From a virus (taxonomy: Duplodnaviria > Caudoviricetes): 64,000 nucleotides of DNA. The translations under genes were made by a program, and so were the position numbers. Location: IMG/VR virus record IMGVR_UViG_3300009868_000003, positions 23,261-87,260 of that record, one strand, 5' to 3'. The notes beneath the pieces were generated by a model. It saw only the letters and a program-made list of their open reading frames with translations. It did no database searches and was not told where the DNA came from. Shown here piece by piece: positions 47,618 through 57,351 of this stretch. Numbering within the stretch: position 1 is the first letter of the stretch; every line of letters begins with the position of its first letter.

Positions 47618-47884
47618 TTATGATATTTTTTGGGCCAGATCTCTACATATCTGGCAGTGTTCGTAATCGTCATTTCTACTAAAGAAGTCTTCAGCCTTCT
47701 TTAAAATTTGAAGATATTCAGATTTGATAACTATTACTGTTACTATCTTTCCATGAACCCTAATCTTACCTTCTATGTGAATTTCATCAAGGTTTTTAGT
47801 GATTGCTGATTCAATAGCTGTGACTAATACATCAAAGACTCCTTTCTTTGCTTCCATTATTTCTTGCTTATTCATACTATTCAT
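47618..47884 (-). CDS. hypothetical protein
   Basis: 88-aa ORF. Confidence 0.55.
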   Translation of the reverse strand: MNSMNKQEIMEAKKGVFDVLVTAIESAITKNLDEIHIEGKIRVHGKIVTVIVIKSEYLQILKKAEDFFSRNDDYEHCQICRDLAQKIS

Positions 47885-47902
47885 TCCTTGTTTAACCTAT
47901 AC

Positions 47903-49876
47903 TTATAAAATTCCATTTGATCCATAAAAACGTTCAATCATTTGTTTATACATATCAATTGTGTTTTGTGAAAATCCTGTGTTTCCTATTGGCCTTTCAC
48001 CAAGACTAGGAGTGTTTGCTTCTTTTATTATGCTTGGGTCAAATGCTGATTTTCCACCAGAAAAGAACTCTTCATTAAATATATCAAGCCTAAGCTGGTC
48101 TTTATATTCTTTGGGCATTATTCGGTCTATATAGTCATCGGCAAGTTCATAAAAATTAGTAGAATCAAAAAATGAGGAAGTAGTTACACATGTCATGGCC
48201 AAGTCATCGTTTCCACTTTGTCCTCTATATGTTCCATTATTTGTCCTACCGAAGGAACCTAATTCATTACATGTCCTAAACTCATTAGGAAGGATCTTAT
48301 TTAAAGCCAAGAGATATTTAAACCTCTCACAGTATTTTATCTTGCTTACGCTGGTCAGTTTAACACCAGGTTTGGCCGTTATTGCACTTTCTGTGTGTTT
48401 ACTGAAAATAACTTGGCCTTCCCAGAAGTTTTCGTTGTTTTCTCTAAAGGTATTTAAAATATAGTCTCCTTTATGGTTAAGTTCTAAAATAAACCTTACC
48501 TTCTCATAGTTAAAGACACGGTATGTCAGGTATTCTAAGCTTTTAGTGAAGGCATTTATGTCCTTTTTATTACCTCGTAACATACCAACTTGAACAAGAG
48601 TTAAGACATCATACTCAGACCGTATGTATTCCTTCACCTGTTTAACCATTTTTATCGGCATATGTGAAAGCTTAAAAATGTTAATTATAGAGTGATCCTT
48701 ATTGACACCGTCTGCTGTGTCAATTGAAAAGATGTAAATATTACCGTCATTTCTGATGTCATCCATGGTCATATCAGCCATCTTTGGATGGAATACTAAG
48801 CCATCAAGCAAGTGTGCCTCTTCGGGTTCCATAATGAACGAGTGAGGGACATACGATGTTTGTAATGAAAACACCTTTTTAAGCTCTTTAGAATTAAGTA
48901 ACAATCTATCCGACGAAAAGAATTGAAGGCCAAATTCCTGGTTAAATGCTTCCTCTGAACCCATCCTACCTATTGTTTCCTGTTTCCAGGCTTCGTCTCT
49001 TCCAGGAACCTGCCACCAATCAACACGTAATGGAGTATAACCATTCCATTTAGGACCACGTTCAAGTGCGCCCTCATATAAGTTATGAAACAGGTTGAGC
49101 CCATTTGGTGTAGACGTGATTATTACCTTTGAAATTTTTGAAGACGTGATTGTAGGATAGATTGAACGATAGAAAAAGTCCAGATATGCCTCAGAGATGT
49201 GTGCAAATTCATCAATATACAACAGGTGAATGGTAAAACCGATACCGGTCTTTTTAGTGGTAGTTCTACCTATAAGTCTACATCCGTTATCGAATTTTAA
49301 CGACATAACGTTGTTGCTTACACATCCAGGTTTTAAGAAAAACGGAAGGTTTTCAAATATCGTCTTTATCTTATCCACGATTTCCTTAGTTGTCGATGCA
49401 TTGTCAGCAACAACTAAGACGTTTTTATCGACATGAAAGGTTAAGAACCAGACTATAAATGCACCTGACATGATGGTCTTACCGATCTGACGACTTGCCA
49501 TTAAAATGTTAAACCTATCTCTGTTAAAGGTTTGAATAATTTCGTTCTGATAATCACGAAGTTTGATGTAGTCAATACCATCATCTGTCATAACTTTACA
49601 GTACTTCTCAATAAAATAGATTGGGTCAGCCTTACATTTCTCAATCTCTTCATATTCTTCTGGTGTATACTCAAATGGAATATTGGCTTTCTTCCATGCA
49701 GGATCGTTGTCTTTAAATGGGGACGATTTAATGGCCTTAATGTCTATAAGACCATTCTCAAAATCATCAAGTATTTGGTTGACTCGTTTTGTTGTCCAAA
49801 TTGAGCCATCCACACCCTTATTGATTCCAGCAACAGAGTTTCTGGATCTACTTCCTAATGATATGAAGTCTTTCAT
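47903..49876 (-). CDS. terL: large terminase subunit (T4 gp17-like)
   Basis: LRDYQ, SRQIGKT (Walker A), LLYIDEFA (Walker B), ITSTPNG, IDTADG, DDLAM. Confidence 0.95.
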   Translation of the reverse strand: MKDFISLGSRSRNSVAGINKGVDGSIWTTKRVNQILDDFENGLIDIKAIKSSPFKDNDPAWKKANIPFEYTPEEYEEIEKCKADPIYFIEKYCKVMTDDGIDYIKLRDYQNEIIQTFNRDRFNILMASRQIGKTIMSGAFIVWFLTFHVDKNVLVVADNASTTKEIVDKIKTIFENLPFFLKPGCVSNNVMSLKFDNGCRLIGRTTTKKTGIGFTIHLLYIDEFAHISEAYLDFFYRSIYPTITSSKISKVIITSTPNGLNLFHNLYEGALERGPKWNGYTPLRVDWWQVPGRDEAWKQETIGRMGSEEAFNQEFGLQFFSSDRLLLNSKELKKVFSLQTSYVPHSFIMEPEEAHLLDGLVFHPKMADMTMDDIRNDGNIYIFSIDTADGVNKDHSIINIFKLSHMPIKMVKQVKEYIRSEYDVLTLVQVGMLRGNKKDINAFTKSLEYLTYRVFNYEKVRFILELNHKGDYILNTFRENNENFWEGQVIFSKHTESAITAKPGVKLTSVSKIKYCERFKYLLALNKILPNEFRTCNELGSFGRTNNGTYRGQSGNDDLAMTCVTTSSFFDSTNFYELADDYIDRIMPKEYKDQLRLDIFNEEFFSGGKSAFDPSIIKEANTPSLGERPIGNTGFSQNTIDMYKQMIERFYGSNGIL

Positions 49877-49877
49877 A

Positions 49878-50618
49878 TTAAATCATGTCACCAAGGTCAC
49901 TCTTAGTTATCTCTTCAATCTCTTCTTTTTGTTCAATTAAGTGCCCTAGTCCCCTTTCAGTAAGAACGTTGTCCTTTTCTGTTGGATTTGTTAGATACCT
50001 AGTATCAGTCTTATCGACTGGAACTGCACTTGCATTAATGTCCTTCATCAAGTTCTTGGTCCCAGCAGTTACATAGTAATCGCCCTTCATATGAATTCCA
50101 GTCGATTGTTGTTCACCTGCACCTTCGACTTGAGTAACTTCAGTCTTAGCTCGCCGGTATGCGTCCTCAAGGAACAAAACATAATTGGCCTGCATTTTAA
50201 CGACTGAACCTAATTTATCGTGTAACTGTCCAAAAACTTCAAATAACCTTGGGTGAGTGTTACCCTGATTTATCTCTTCCATTATTCTCTCAATAGCCAT
50301 ACGAATAGACTTTATCTGAAAGAAGATGTTTTCAAGGTTGGTGTTATCAATCTCCTTTTTGTGTTTGAAATATTCTACCCTGTCTATTATTCCCAGATCG
50401 ACATAAAACTTTAACAGTGAATTTGTAAGGTTATTTGCCTGTTTCTTAAAACCAGCATTCATTGCATCAAAGTCAATAGGAGGAGCCTGTTGAATAACAG
50501 CAAGTTGTTGATCAATGACAGCATCCTCTTCGTTAGTTGCACTGAAATTATGAAGCAGAGCCTCTAGATCGTTTTTAATTTGGGTCTTTTGGTCTTTTGA
50601 AAATTTCTCCTTAGACAT
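49878..50618 (-). CDS. helical protein, candidate small terminase subunit
   Basis: Immediately upstream of terL; position-based only. Confidence 0.35.
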   Translation of the reverse strand: MSKEKFSKDQKTQIKNDLEALLHNFSATNEEDAVIDQQLAVIQQAPPIDFDAMNAGFKKQANNLTNSLLKFYVDLGIIDRVEYFKHKKEIDNTNLENIFFQIKSIRMAIERIMEEINQGNTHPRLFEVFGQLHDKLGSVVKMQANYVLFLEDAYRRAKTEVTQVEGAGEQQSTGIHMKGDYYVTAGTKNLMKDINASAVPVDKTDTRYLTNPTEKDNVLTERGLGHLIEQKEEIEEITKSDLGDMI

Positions 50619-50619
50619 A

Positions 50620-50865
50620 TTAATTTACTGTGTTTTCGTATTTGTCTAGAGCAGGATTAGCAAATATTTTGACCTGTTTAATTGACTCAATCAGTTCATA
50701 AAAATACGAATCCAGATAAGAAATGAAGTTATCTAGTGTAGAGTTTATGCCAAACATTTGTTCAGACAAAGTCCTCTTAAAGATTTGACCTCTATAATCA
50801 AATCCTTTATAAAGACGACTCTCGTTTCTCTTATAAATTGCCCTATATACTGAGTTTTTAACCAT
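50620..50865 (-). CDS. small baseplate-region protein
   Basis: Overlaps the end of the gp6-like gene. Confidence 0.5.
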   Translation of the reverse strand: MVKNSVYRAIYKRNESRLYKGFDYRGQIFKRTLSEQMFGINSTLDNFISYLDSYFYELIESIKQVKIFANPALDKYENTVN

Positions 50866-52528
50866 TTTGGAATGATTTTCTAGGCATTATTGCCTTTATT
50901 TGAATGTTAACTGCTCCTAATCCGACTTCTGATAGACCTGTGTCGTATTCGTTTCCAAATCTATCTTTCCATCCACCTCGGATTACAGCAAACTCATCTT
51001 TATTTATCACAATATCATTAAATTCATCGACTCCAACGTCTAGTGCAACTGGATTTGCTTTCTTAGAAACTTCATTTTTCTCAGAAATTATATTTACACT
51101 CACTGAATCAACTCCATTTATCTGTTCTATACTGCTTATTAGATCGCTCTTAGGGATCCTTTCTGACCTCTGAGTAGTGATAAAGTAGTTTCCTAATGAA
51201 TTCACTATGTCCTGTTTTATTGCATCAGTTGAAACGTCATCGAAAACTATCACGCTTACATTCACGACATATTTGCTTAAAATTGGGTCAAGGATTTTGA
51301 TGTCAGTGGAAACAAGTTTGGTTCCTGACTTTTCAATATATTTTAAAAGCTCATTTTTCTGAAAGGTTGTCATTTTAAACCTATCAACCGGCAAAGTAAA
51401 ATAATCAGCACCTGTTTGAAATGATTTAGTAACATCAGGAACTAAAAACAGGTCGATTACCCTGTCATCTATTGGGTCTAAGAATACCCGAACGACCGAA
51501 AATAACTGAAGCTTTCTCAATAAAATTTCATAGTTATTGGGATTGACCAATGCAAAGTTTTTAGAAGCATGAGGTGCAATTAATCGGGTCAACTCTAAGC
51601 TTTCTGGGTCTGCTCCAAAGTTAGGAGGAGTCACAACCTTTATATCAACAAACTCATTTAAGTCAACCTCATCACCGATAGGAGTAAGGCCTGTGTCCTG
51701 GAATATAAATGAAATTTGTTCTGGGACTTCTGCATTAATGTTGCCTAAAGAACCATCAGTCACCAAGTATTCAAACACTATTTCAGAACCAGGAGTAGGA
51801 ATTTTACCGTATGCTCCATTACCTAAAAATATGTCAAGTCCATTTGTAATTCCTGTCTTGGCAACAAATCCAGGTTCTCCCCTCGGAATATCAAGTATCG
51901 ATTCATATTTCGGCCATTTTGTTCCATTGACATACATATTGACCAGAAAGTTGTCAATAAAAAAATTACTTGGTGCTCCAAGAACAAAACTTTCAAACTT
52001 TATGCCTCTTGCTGTCATTCTTTGAGTCTCTATAGTTCCCTGTCGTATGGCCAATACTCGATTGTTATCACTGCCCGTCATAGAAAATCTTAGACTATCC
52101 TGTGGAAGCTCTATAACATATGGCAAGTTATTTGTAACACATGTCAATTTAAAGTAATTGTTGAGTATCACCTTATTTGAAGGAACATCAATTGCTCCAG
52201 GTTTAGTAGATATTGAAACCTGACCGGTCGCCCCAATTGCTCTGCTTGGATTATGGCCTCCAATTGCAGCCAATGAATAAACTGATGTCGGCCTGCTTGC
52301 TTCATATATGTTTAACTCAGTGATTGAGTCTTCCAGATAGTAAAATATTAACTGGCTTAGGTTTTCAGTGACTAGGAGTAACTGTCCAAACGGAGACGCA
52401 ACAGTAAACACTAAGTTACTCTGTTTGAATGTGTTTTGCAGAGTCTGGATAGTTTCTGCCATTATGTCAGTTATAAAAATGTTAAGAGTTGAAAAGAGCT
52501 TGATCCCTGTCTTATTTCCGTTAGCCAT
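50858..52528 (-). CDS. baseplate wedge subunit (T4 gp6-like)
   Basis: IFLGNG.YGK.P..GS.I..EYLVTDG..GN, GADPES, ALV...YE. Confidence 0.8.
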   Translation of the reverse strand: MANGNKTGIKLFSTLNIFITDIMAETIQTLQNTFKQSNLVFTVASPFGQLLLVTENLSQLIFYYLEDSITELNIYEASRPTSVYSLAAIGGHNPSRAIGATGQVSISTKPGAIDVPSNKVILNNYFKLTCVTNNLPYVIELPQDSLRFSMTGSDNNRVLAIRQGTIETQRMTARGIKFESFVLGAPSNFFIDNFLVNMYVNGTKWPKYESILDIPRGEPGFVAKTGITNGLDIFLGNGAYGKIPTPGSEIVFEYLVTDGSLGNINAEVPEQISFIFQDTGLTPIGDEVDLNEFVDIKVVTPPNFGADPESLELTRLIAPHASKNFALVNPNNYEILLRKLQLFSVVRVFLDPIDDRVIDLFLVPDVTKSFQTGADYFTLPVDRFKMTTFQKNELLKYIEKSGTKLVSTDIKILDPILSKYVVNVSVIVFDDVSTDAIKQDIVNSLGNYFITTQRSERIPKSDLISSIEQINGVDSVSVNIISEKNEVSKKANPVALDVGVDEFNDIVINKDEFAVIRGGWKDRFGNEYDTGLSEVGLGAVNIQIKAIMPRKSFQNG

Positions 52529-52589
52529 TCGTTGGGCCTTTTGTTTATTTATTGCTGGATAGATAAATTGGTATATTTACTTTACTTAT

Positions 52590-52939
52590 GGGCTTGACTG
52601 GTTTTGACGTGATATTGACTGGTAAACCCGCACACAGGAAGTGATAAGTGATTCCTTAATCCACATTTATCGAACATAAACGCAAACACAACTATCTGGG
52701 ATGTATTCAACATGGTTGAAGCTCCCGTAGCTGACGAAGCTGTTCTTGCTTAATAGCCGAACAAAAGAAGGGGTGACCCCTGGCAGATGAGGTCAACGAC
52801 ACTAGAAGGTATCTAGGGTAGAAACTTTCTCTCAACCACAGAAGAGAAATTGTTTGTCAGTTTCGAAAAATTGACTAAGTGTGTAGAAAGTTTATTATTC
52901 GTACTTGCGGACGTGGGTTCAAATCCCACCAGGTCCACC
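52590..52939 (+). ncRNA. ssrA: tmRNA encoding the tag (A)ANTTIWDVFNMVEAPVADEAVLA
   Basis: Acceptor stem GGGCTTG / CAGGTCC with G3:U70 and discriminator A; T arm GTGGG-TTCAAAT-CCCAC; ATAAAC-GCA resume context at 52682; TAA TAG stops at 52751. Confidence 0.93.
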
Positions 52940-52946
52940 GAATTTT

Positions 52947-52985
52947 TGTACCTTAGTGAAGATAAATAGTCTAAACTAAGGTACA
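52947..52985 (+). promoter_or_regulatory. 11-bp inverted repeat enclosing GATAAATA and overlapping the translation-initiation region of the homing endonuclease
   Basis: tgtaccttagt (52947-52957) / actaaggtaca (52975-52985); GATAAATA at 52961-52968; ATG at 52990. Confidence 0.7.
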
Positions 52986-52989
52986 TTTT

Positions 52990-53604
52990 ATGCCTCGCAA
53001 ACCACATTCTCACCATTACATTTATAAAACAACATGCATAGTAACCAATAAATTTTATATTGGTATGCACTCAACCTCAAAACTAAACGACGGTTATATC
53101 GGTTCAGGTAAAATCCTCTGGTACTCAATAAACAAATACGGAAAAGAAAACCATAAGTTTGAAATACTTGAAAACTATAATAGTCGAAAGGAACTTTCAG
53201 ATAGAGAGGCTCAATTAATTAATGATGATCTTCTTAAAGATCCATTATGTATGAATATAAAGCACGGAGGAGAATATGGAAACCTAAGCTCATTAGGTGG
53301 TCAAGCAATCGCCAAAAAAATTAAAGAAGACCCTGACAAATCTAGACAATACCATGAAATAGGCATAGCTTTTAATAAAAAGATGTCCGAAAATGGAATA
53401 AGACCGTCTGCTCCTAGTTGGAAAGGTAAAAAACACTCAGAGCTAACAAAACAAAAGATGTCTAACTCTCAAAAGGGTAAACAAGAAGGGACTCTTAACT
53501 CTCAGTTTGGAACCATTTGGATAACTAATGAAGTCTTAAACTTAAAGATTAAAAAGGAAAATCCGATTCCAGAAGGATGGAGACGCGGTCGAATTAAGAC
53601 GTAG
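52990..53604 (+). mobile_element. free-standing GIY-YIG homing endonuclease (Seg-like) with NUMOD3-like motif
   Basis: YIYKTTC..TNKFYIG.H, Y.GSG, REAQLI, HSELTKQKMS. Confidence 0.88.
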
Positions 53605-54349
53605 TAGTCTCGTCTCCTTGGTCATGCCAACCTGAAATGTATTGAAAACCGCCTGGTGCCTTAAAGTTAAAGCCAATCTGTTCCATAATATTCTTACGGT
53701 TACGTATGGAATCCCTATTAAAGCTTGGATAATAAGTCTCAACTGTAATTTGAAACTTTATTGTTCCCATTTGGTCTACTGTGTAATCGAAATTAGTCTG
53801 CTTTTCCAACTGTTGACTTTTTGGAAACTTAAATTGAGCAGGTATTCTCATTCCTTTAAATTGAAAATACATGACTCTATTTGCATAAAGTTCAAGTATC
53901 ATCTCCATTATCTTAAAAGATTGGTTTAGGGTCGAAGTCTTTATTTCAACCGAATAGGTGGCTTGAAATGGTATTGCAAAAAGAAAGGCTGAATATGCAT
54001 CCATTTTCCTTTCATCATTGACGCCCCTTGATGGTGCTGAATAGTTACCACGAACAAACTTATTAGTAATATCTGAGGTAGATATTGAGGCTCCAGTATA
54101 AGTTACAATTCCTCTTGGAACCTGATCATGGTTTCCTTCAGCTTTAGGGACTACACAATCGTCTGGAATTCCAATAAAAAAGTCCTTCATAAACTGCTCA
54201 TCATTTCCAAAATTATAAAAGAATGGAATTGACCTGTTTTCAGTTATGTCATCGACCTTCTGTTCTATTGTAAACTTTCGATTTAAAAGGTCCAATAGTG
54301 ATATTGTCAAGTTTCTAAAGAAAATGTCATCAGTATTTAGGTTCTTCAT
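53594..54349 (-). CDS. tail completion / sheath stabilizer (T4 gp15-like)
   Basis: IPF.Y, PRG.V, P....Y.VEI......F.I.E.IL pattern; structural context. Confidence 0.6.
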   Translation of the reverse strand: MKNLNTDDIFFRNLTISLLDLLNRKFTIEQKVDDITENRSIPFFYNFGNDEQFMKDFFIGIPDDCVVPKAEGNHDQVPRGIVTYTGASISTSDITNKFVRGNYSAPSRGVNDERKMDAYSAFLFAIPFQATYSVEIKTSTLNQSFKIMEMILELYANRVMYFQFKGMRIPAQFKFPKSQQLEKQTNFDYTVDQMGTIKFQITVETYYPSFNRDSIRNRKNIMEQIGFNFKAPGGFQYISGWHDQGDETTTS

Positions 54350-54368
54350 TAAGGTTATTTAACTCTGA

Positions 54369-54665
54369 TTAACGCTTAATAATACTGATATGCTTTAGAC
54401 TTAGTATTTGTATGAAGATTAATAGCATGAAGAATATTGAAGAAAATGTAGACCAATGATTTAAAATTTGGTTTGAACTCTTACATACATGAGTCTCATG
54501 AAGAAACACTATCACAGATATAATAAGAAATACAGCCTCTATTAAGTAGAATAGAGAGGCATGTTTGACCCACCACATTCTTAGTTTTGTTAACATGACT
54601 CTATTATTTATCTTCTGAAACAATAAACTCAACCATGATGTATTATTTCGATAGGATTTATTCAT
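54369..54665 (-). CDS. small membrane protein (start uncertain)
   Basis: Two hydrophobic segments. Confidence 0.4.
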   Translation of the reverse strand: MNKSYRNNTSWLSLLFQKINNRVMLTKLRMWWVKHASLFYLIEAVFLIISVIVFLHETHVCKSSNQILNHWSTFSSIFFMLLIFIQILSLKHISIIKR

Positions 54666-55272
54666 CTAAGTGAAAATCGATATCAAACTTGAAATATTGA
54701 AAGGTTGCAGTAAAGGTCCTGGTTTGAGAGTTAACGTTTGTGTAATTAAAATCCAGACCTGAGAATCCAGTCCATATTGGTTTATCAAACCTTAGAGTAG
54801 CTATTGCATAGCCTTCATCATTTAACAAAGTTAAAAAGAACGGTTCGAATGCCTGTCCTACTGTGTCTGGGGCAGCAAGGTTTCCAACGGTTCCTAGACT
54901 GTTTCTATTGTTTTTAGGGGATATATTTTCCGGCTTAAGATAGTTAATTGCATTATCTAAAAACATGAAATAGTTTAACCAACCGTCTGAAAGCCTAAAC
55001 GTAATCGTGAACTTTCTTTCAAAAAGGTCTGGAGTAGGCCTGGCATTCTTGTAGTCCTGAATCTTGCCAAGGTTTCTAACCTGTTGAATGGTCTGCATGT
55101 TAAATCCTGAAAAATCTATACTCTGGACAGTAAACGCCAGAAAATCAGTCGACCTCTCAAAAGGCAGCATTAGGTTTTTATAATACTTCTCATACTTCTC
55201 ATCTATTTCCTTGGAAAAGAAGTTATTGGGAAAGCTTAAAATGAATCCGTTATTTCTCTGATTTAAAAACAT
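54658..55272 (-). CDS. tail-tube-fold structural protein
   Basis: Beta-rich, ends TFTATFQYFKFDI, typical of tube and tube-initiator proteins. Confidence 0.5.
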   Translation of the reverse strand: MFLNQRNNGFILSFPNNFFSKEIDEKYEKYYKNLMLPFERSTDFLAFTVQSIDFSGFNMQTIQQVRNLGKIQDYKNARPTPDLFERKFTITFRLSDGWLNYFMFLDNAINYLKPENISPKNNRNSLGTVGNLAAPDTVGQAFEPFFLTLLNDEGYAIATLRFDKPIWTGFSGLDFNYTNVNSQTRTFTATFQYFKFDIDFHLDE

Positions 55273-55273
55273 A

Positions 55274-57310
55274 TTATAGGGTTGGGTCTACTATTGTTAA
55301 CATGTCGGTAGAATCATAATAAGTCATTCTAATCGCTCCTGATTCATTTTTAAAAATTGTCTTATGAGCTGCTGAATTAAGAGTACTCCAATAACTCGAA
55401 GACGTTAAATTTAGATTATTCAAATCATTTTCAATCCTAATATATTTTGGAGAGTTTCCTGTCGGCGAACTTATTAAAGTATTGTAAACACGATGCCCAA
55501 TTTCCATGTATTGACCACCCCTTACAAAGAGTTTATAACAATCCCTTCCAATATTCATATTTTCACAGTCATATAGTGTCATCCCATTACTCTCCCCAGC
55601 CGATGTGATCTCACCTGAAGATTGGATAAACACCATAATGTTTCCACTGCTTTCGCCTGTTACGCGAAGATTTTTGACAGTAGATGTAGCATTCATTGCT
55701 GAAATTATCATATTGTCAAACTGTCCGGATGCTTTAACTGAGTTTATCTCTACTGCATTTATAATAACACCTAAAAATAGGTTTCCTAAGTCCAGATTAA
55801 GTATATTAGAATCAGCATGAAGAACTCCGCTCATACAATTTTTAACTTTAACTTCAAATGCAATGCTTGCACTAACGTTTAAAATACCTGAAAGTTCCAA
55901 ACTTTGAACCACTATGGGGTTTTCATTATGAATGGTTATTATAGGAACACTTGTTACGAACTGGCCTGAACCGATACCAAGTAGCCCCAAGATTTCTGGA
56001 TTGATAGTGTCAACTTTTACGTTTTTAATAATTGAGATGTTCGACGGATCGTTTTCAATGTATATAAATGGTTGATCTCTATAAGACGATGATAATTTAG
56101 GAAGGGTGACAGTTAATTGATTTATTCCAAGATCTTTTAAGTTAATAGAGTCATAAAGACAGTATATGTCTTTCATTATCCTGACCCATGGATAGTTAGC
56201 GCCAGGAGCGACAGGCCCAGGTGCAGCTCTGAGTGTCATCCATATATAACCATTATGTGAAACTATCCCACACTCAGGTAAAGATGCTCCCATAGGTAGA
56301 GTCCAGGCCGGAGCATCTACTTTATAGAGTCTGAAAACCCAGTTCCTCCAATCATATGGTCCTGATATTTCACGTTGAATTTCTCTACGATATGTGATCC
56401 TTCCTCGGTAGTTAGGAACAAGAGAATAAGTTGGTCCTGGACCCCAAAATGCACTATCTTTATATCCAACAATTGTTGTAAAACTAGTGTCCATTGAATA
56501 TCGTATTTCATCGTTTGGATATTGGTCTGACCATACCCGTTCGGAAATACTGTTTCTAGACAACGCTTGAACAACAATAGGTTCGACAGGTCCACTAAAA
56601 GTATCTGTTGTTCCTATAATATAACCGGTAGTGTAAAAGTCGGTTATACGATAGTAATAAAATGGCTCAAGACGTTCTTCATGAATCATCGTTTCAAGTT
56701 CATTAAACGTTACATCAGTCACAAGGTTCTGATGAGTCTCAAGCTGACGATTTACCCATTTTCCTGAATCAGCATCATATGATAAGACATCGTCATTTTG
56801 AGGACCTGGAGACTCGCTTATGTTTACGTCTGGTAGGTCCTCAAGATTACAACAACCTCCTCCGCCTTCACCACCGTCTAATCTTACCCAGCCTGCGTAT
56901 TCAGTGTATAACCATAGACCTTCTTCAAGGGTTGGACTATTAGGACCTGTGTAAACTACTTCTCCTAAGACACCGGCGTCTGGTCTATCTGGAAATTCAG
57001 TAAACCTATGTCTTTTTGATTGAGAAACCTCAACTAATATAGATTTACCTGTGATACGACCTTGAGAGTCAATTAAAAGAGTTCTAATACCGTTCTGATT
57101 CATGGTTAGTGAATCGGTCAGTGATATGAGTTGGCTTGTTATTCCATGAAAGGTGACATCATTGTCAGTTTCATTATAGTTTATCTGATCTAGAAACGTC
57201 TTAAAAGCTGAAGAAAGCTTTATAAAGTTGTTATTAGAGTTTTCAATAATTGCACCAAGGCTACCATTTGTCAGACGCTTGACTTGCTTGATGTCATTGT
57301 AAATTCCCAT
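55274..57310 (-). CDS. tail fibre/spike-like protein with C-terminal beta-helix-like region
   Basis: LEDLPDVNIS..P..DDVL.YD...GKWVN fibre repeat; repetitive beta strands. Confidence 0.55.
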   Translation of the reverse strand: MGIYNDIKQVKRLTNGSLGAIIENSNNNFIKLSSAFKTFLDQINYNETDNDVTFHGITSQLISLTDSLTMNQNGIRTLLIDSQGRITGKSILVEVSQSKRHRFTEFPDRPDAGVLGEVVYTGPNSPTLEEGLWLYTEYAGWVRLDGGEGGGGCCNLEDLPDVNISESPGPQNDDVLSYDADSGKWVNRQLETHQNLVTDVTFNELETMIHEERLEPFYYYRITDFYTTGYIIGTTDTFSGPVEPIVVQALSRNSISERVWSDQYPNDEIRYSMDTSFTTIVGYKDSAFWGPGPTYSLVPNYRGRITYRREIQREISGPYDWRNWVFRLYKVDAPAWTLPMGASLPECGIVSHNGYIWMTLRAAPGPVAPGANYPWVRIMKDIYCLYDSINLKDLGINQLTVTLPKLSSSYRDQPFIYIENDPSNISIIKNVKVDTINPEILGLLGIGSGQFVTSVPIITIHNENPIVVQSLELSGILNVSASIAFEVKVKNCMSGVLHADSNILNLDLGNLFLGVIINAVEINSVKASGQFDNMIISAMNATSTVKNLRVTGESSGNIMVFIQSSGEITSAGESNGMTLYDCENMNIGRDCYKLFVRGGQYMEIGHRVYNTLISSPTGNSPKYIRIENDLNNLNLTSSSYWSTLNSAAHKTIFKNESGAIRMTYYDSTDMLTIVDPTL

Positions 57311-57327
57311 CCCATCCCTTTTCTTTT

Positions 57328-57335
57328 TATTTATA
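57328..57335 (-). promoter_or_regulatory. T4-late-like promoter TATAAATA
   Basis: 17 nt upstream of start 57310. Confidence 0.55.
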
Positions 57336-57351
57336 ATAGGATGAAAGTAGA

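Noticed and set aside
47903-49876. Intron or intein in the large terminase
   Set aside because: Single continuous ORF with ATPase and nuclease motifs at normal spacing and no intein signature.
52905-52939. tRNA gene suggested by GGTTCAAATCC
   Set aside because: It is the T arm of the tmRNA; the matching 5' acceptor strand lies about 340 nt upstream and there is no anticodon arm.
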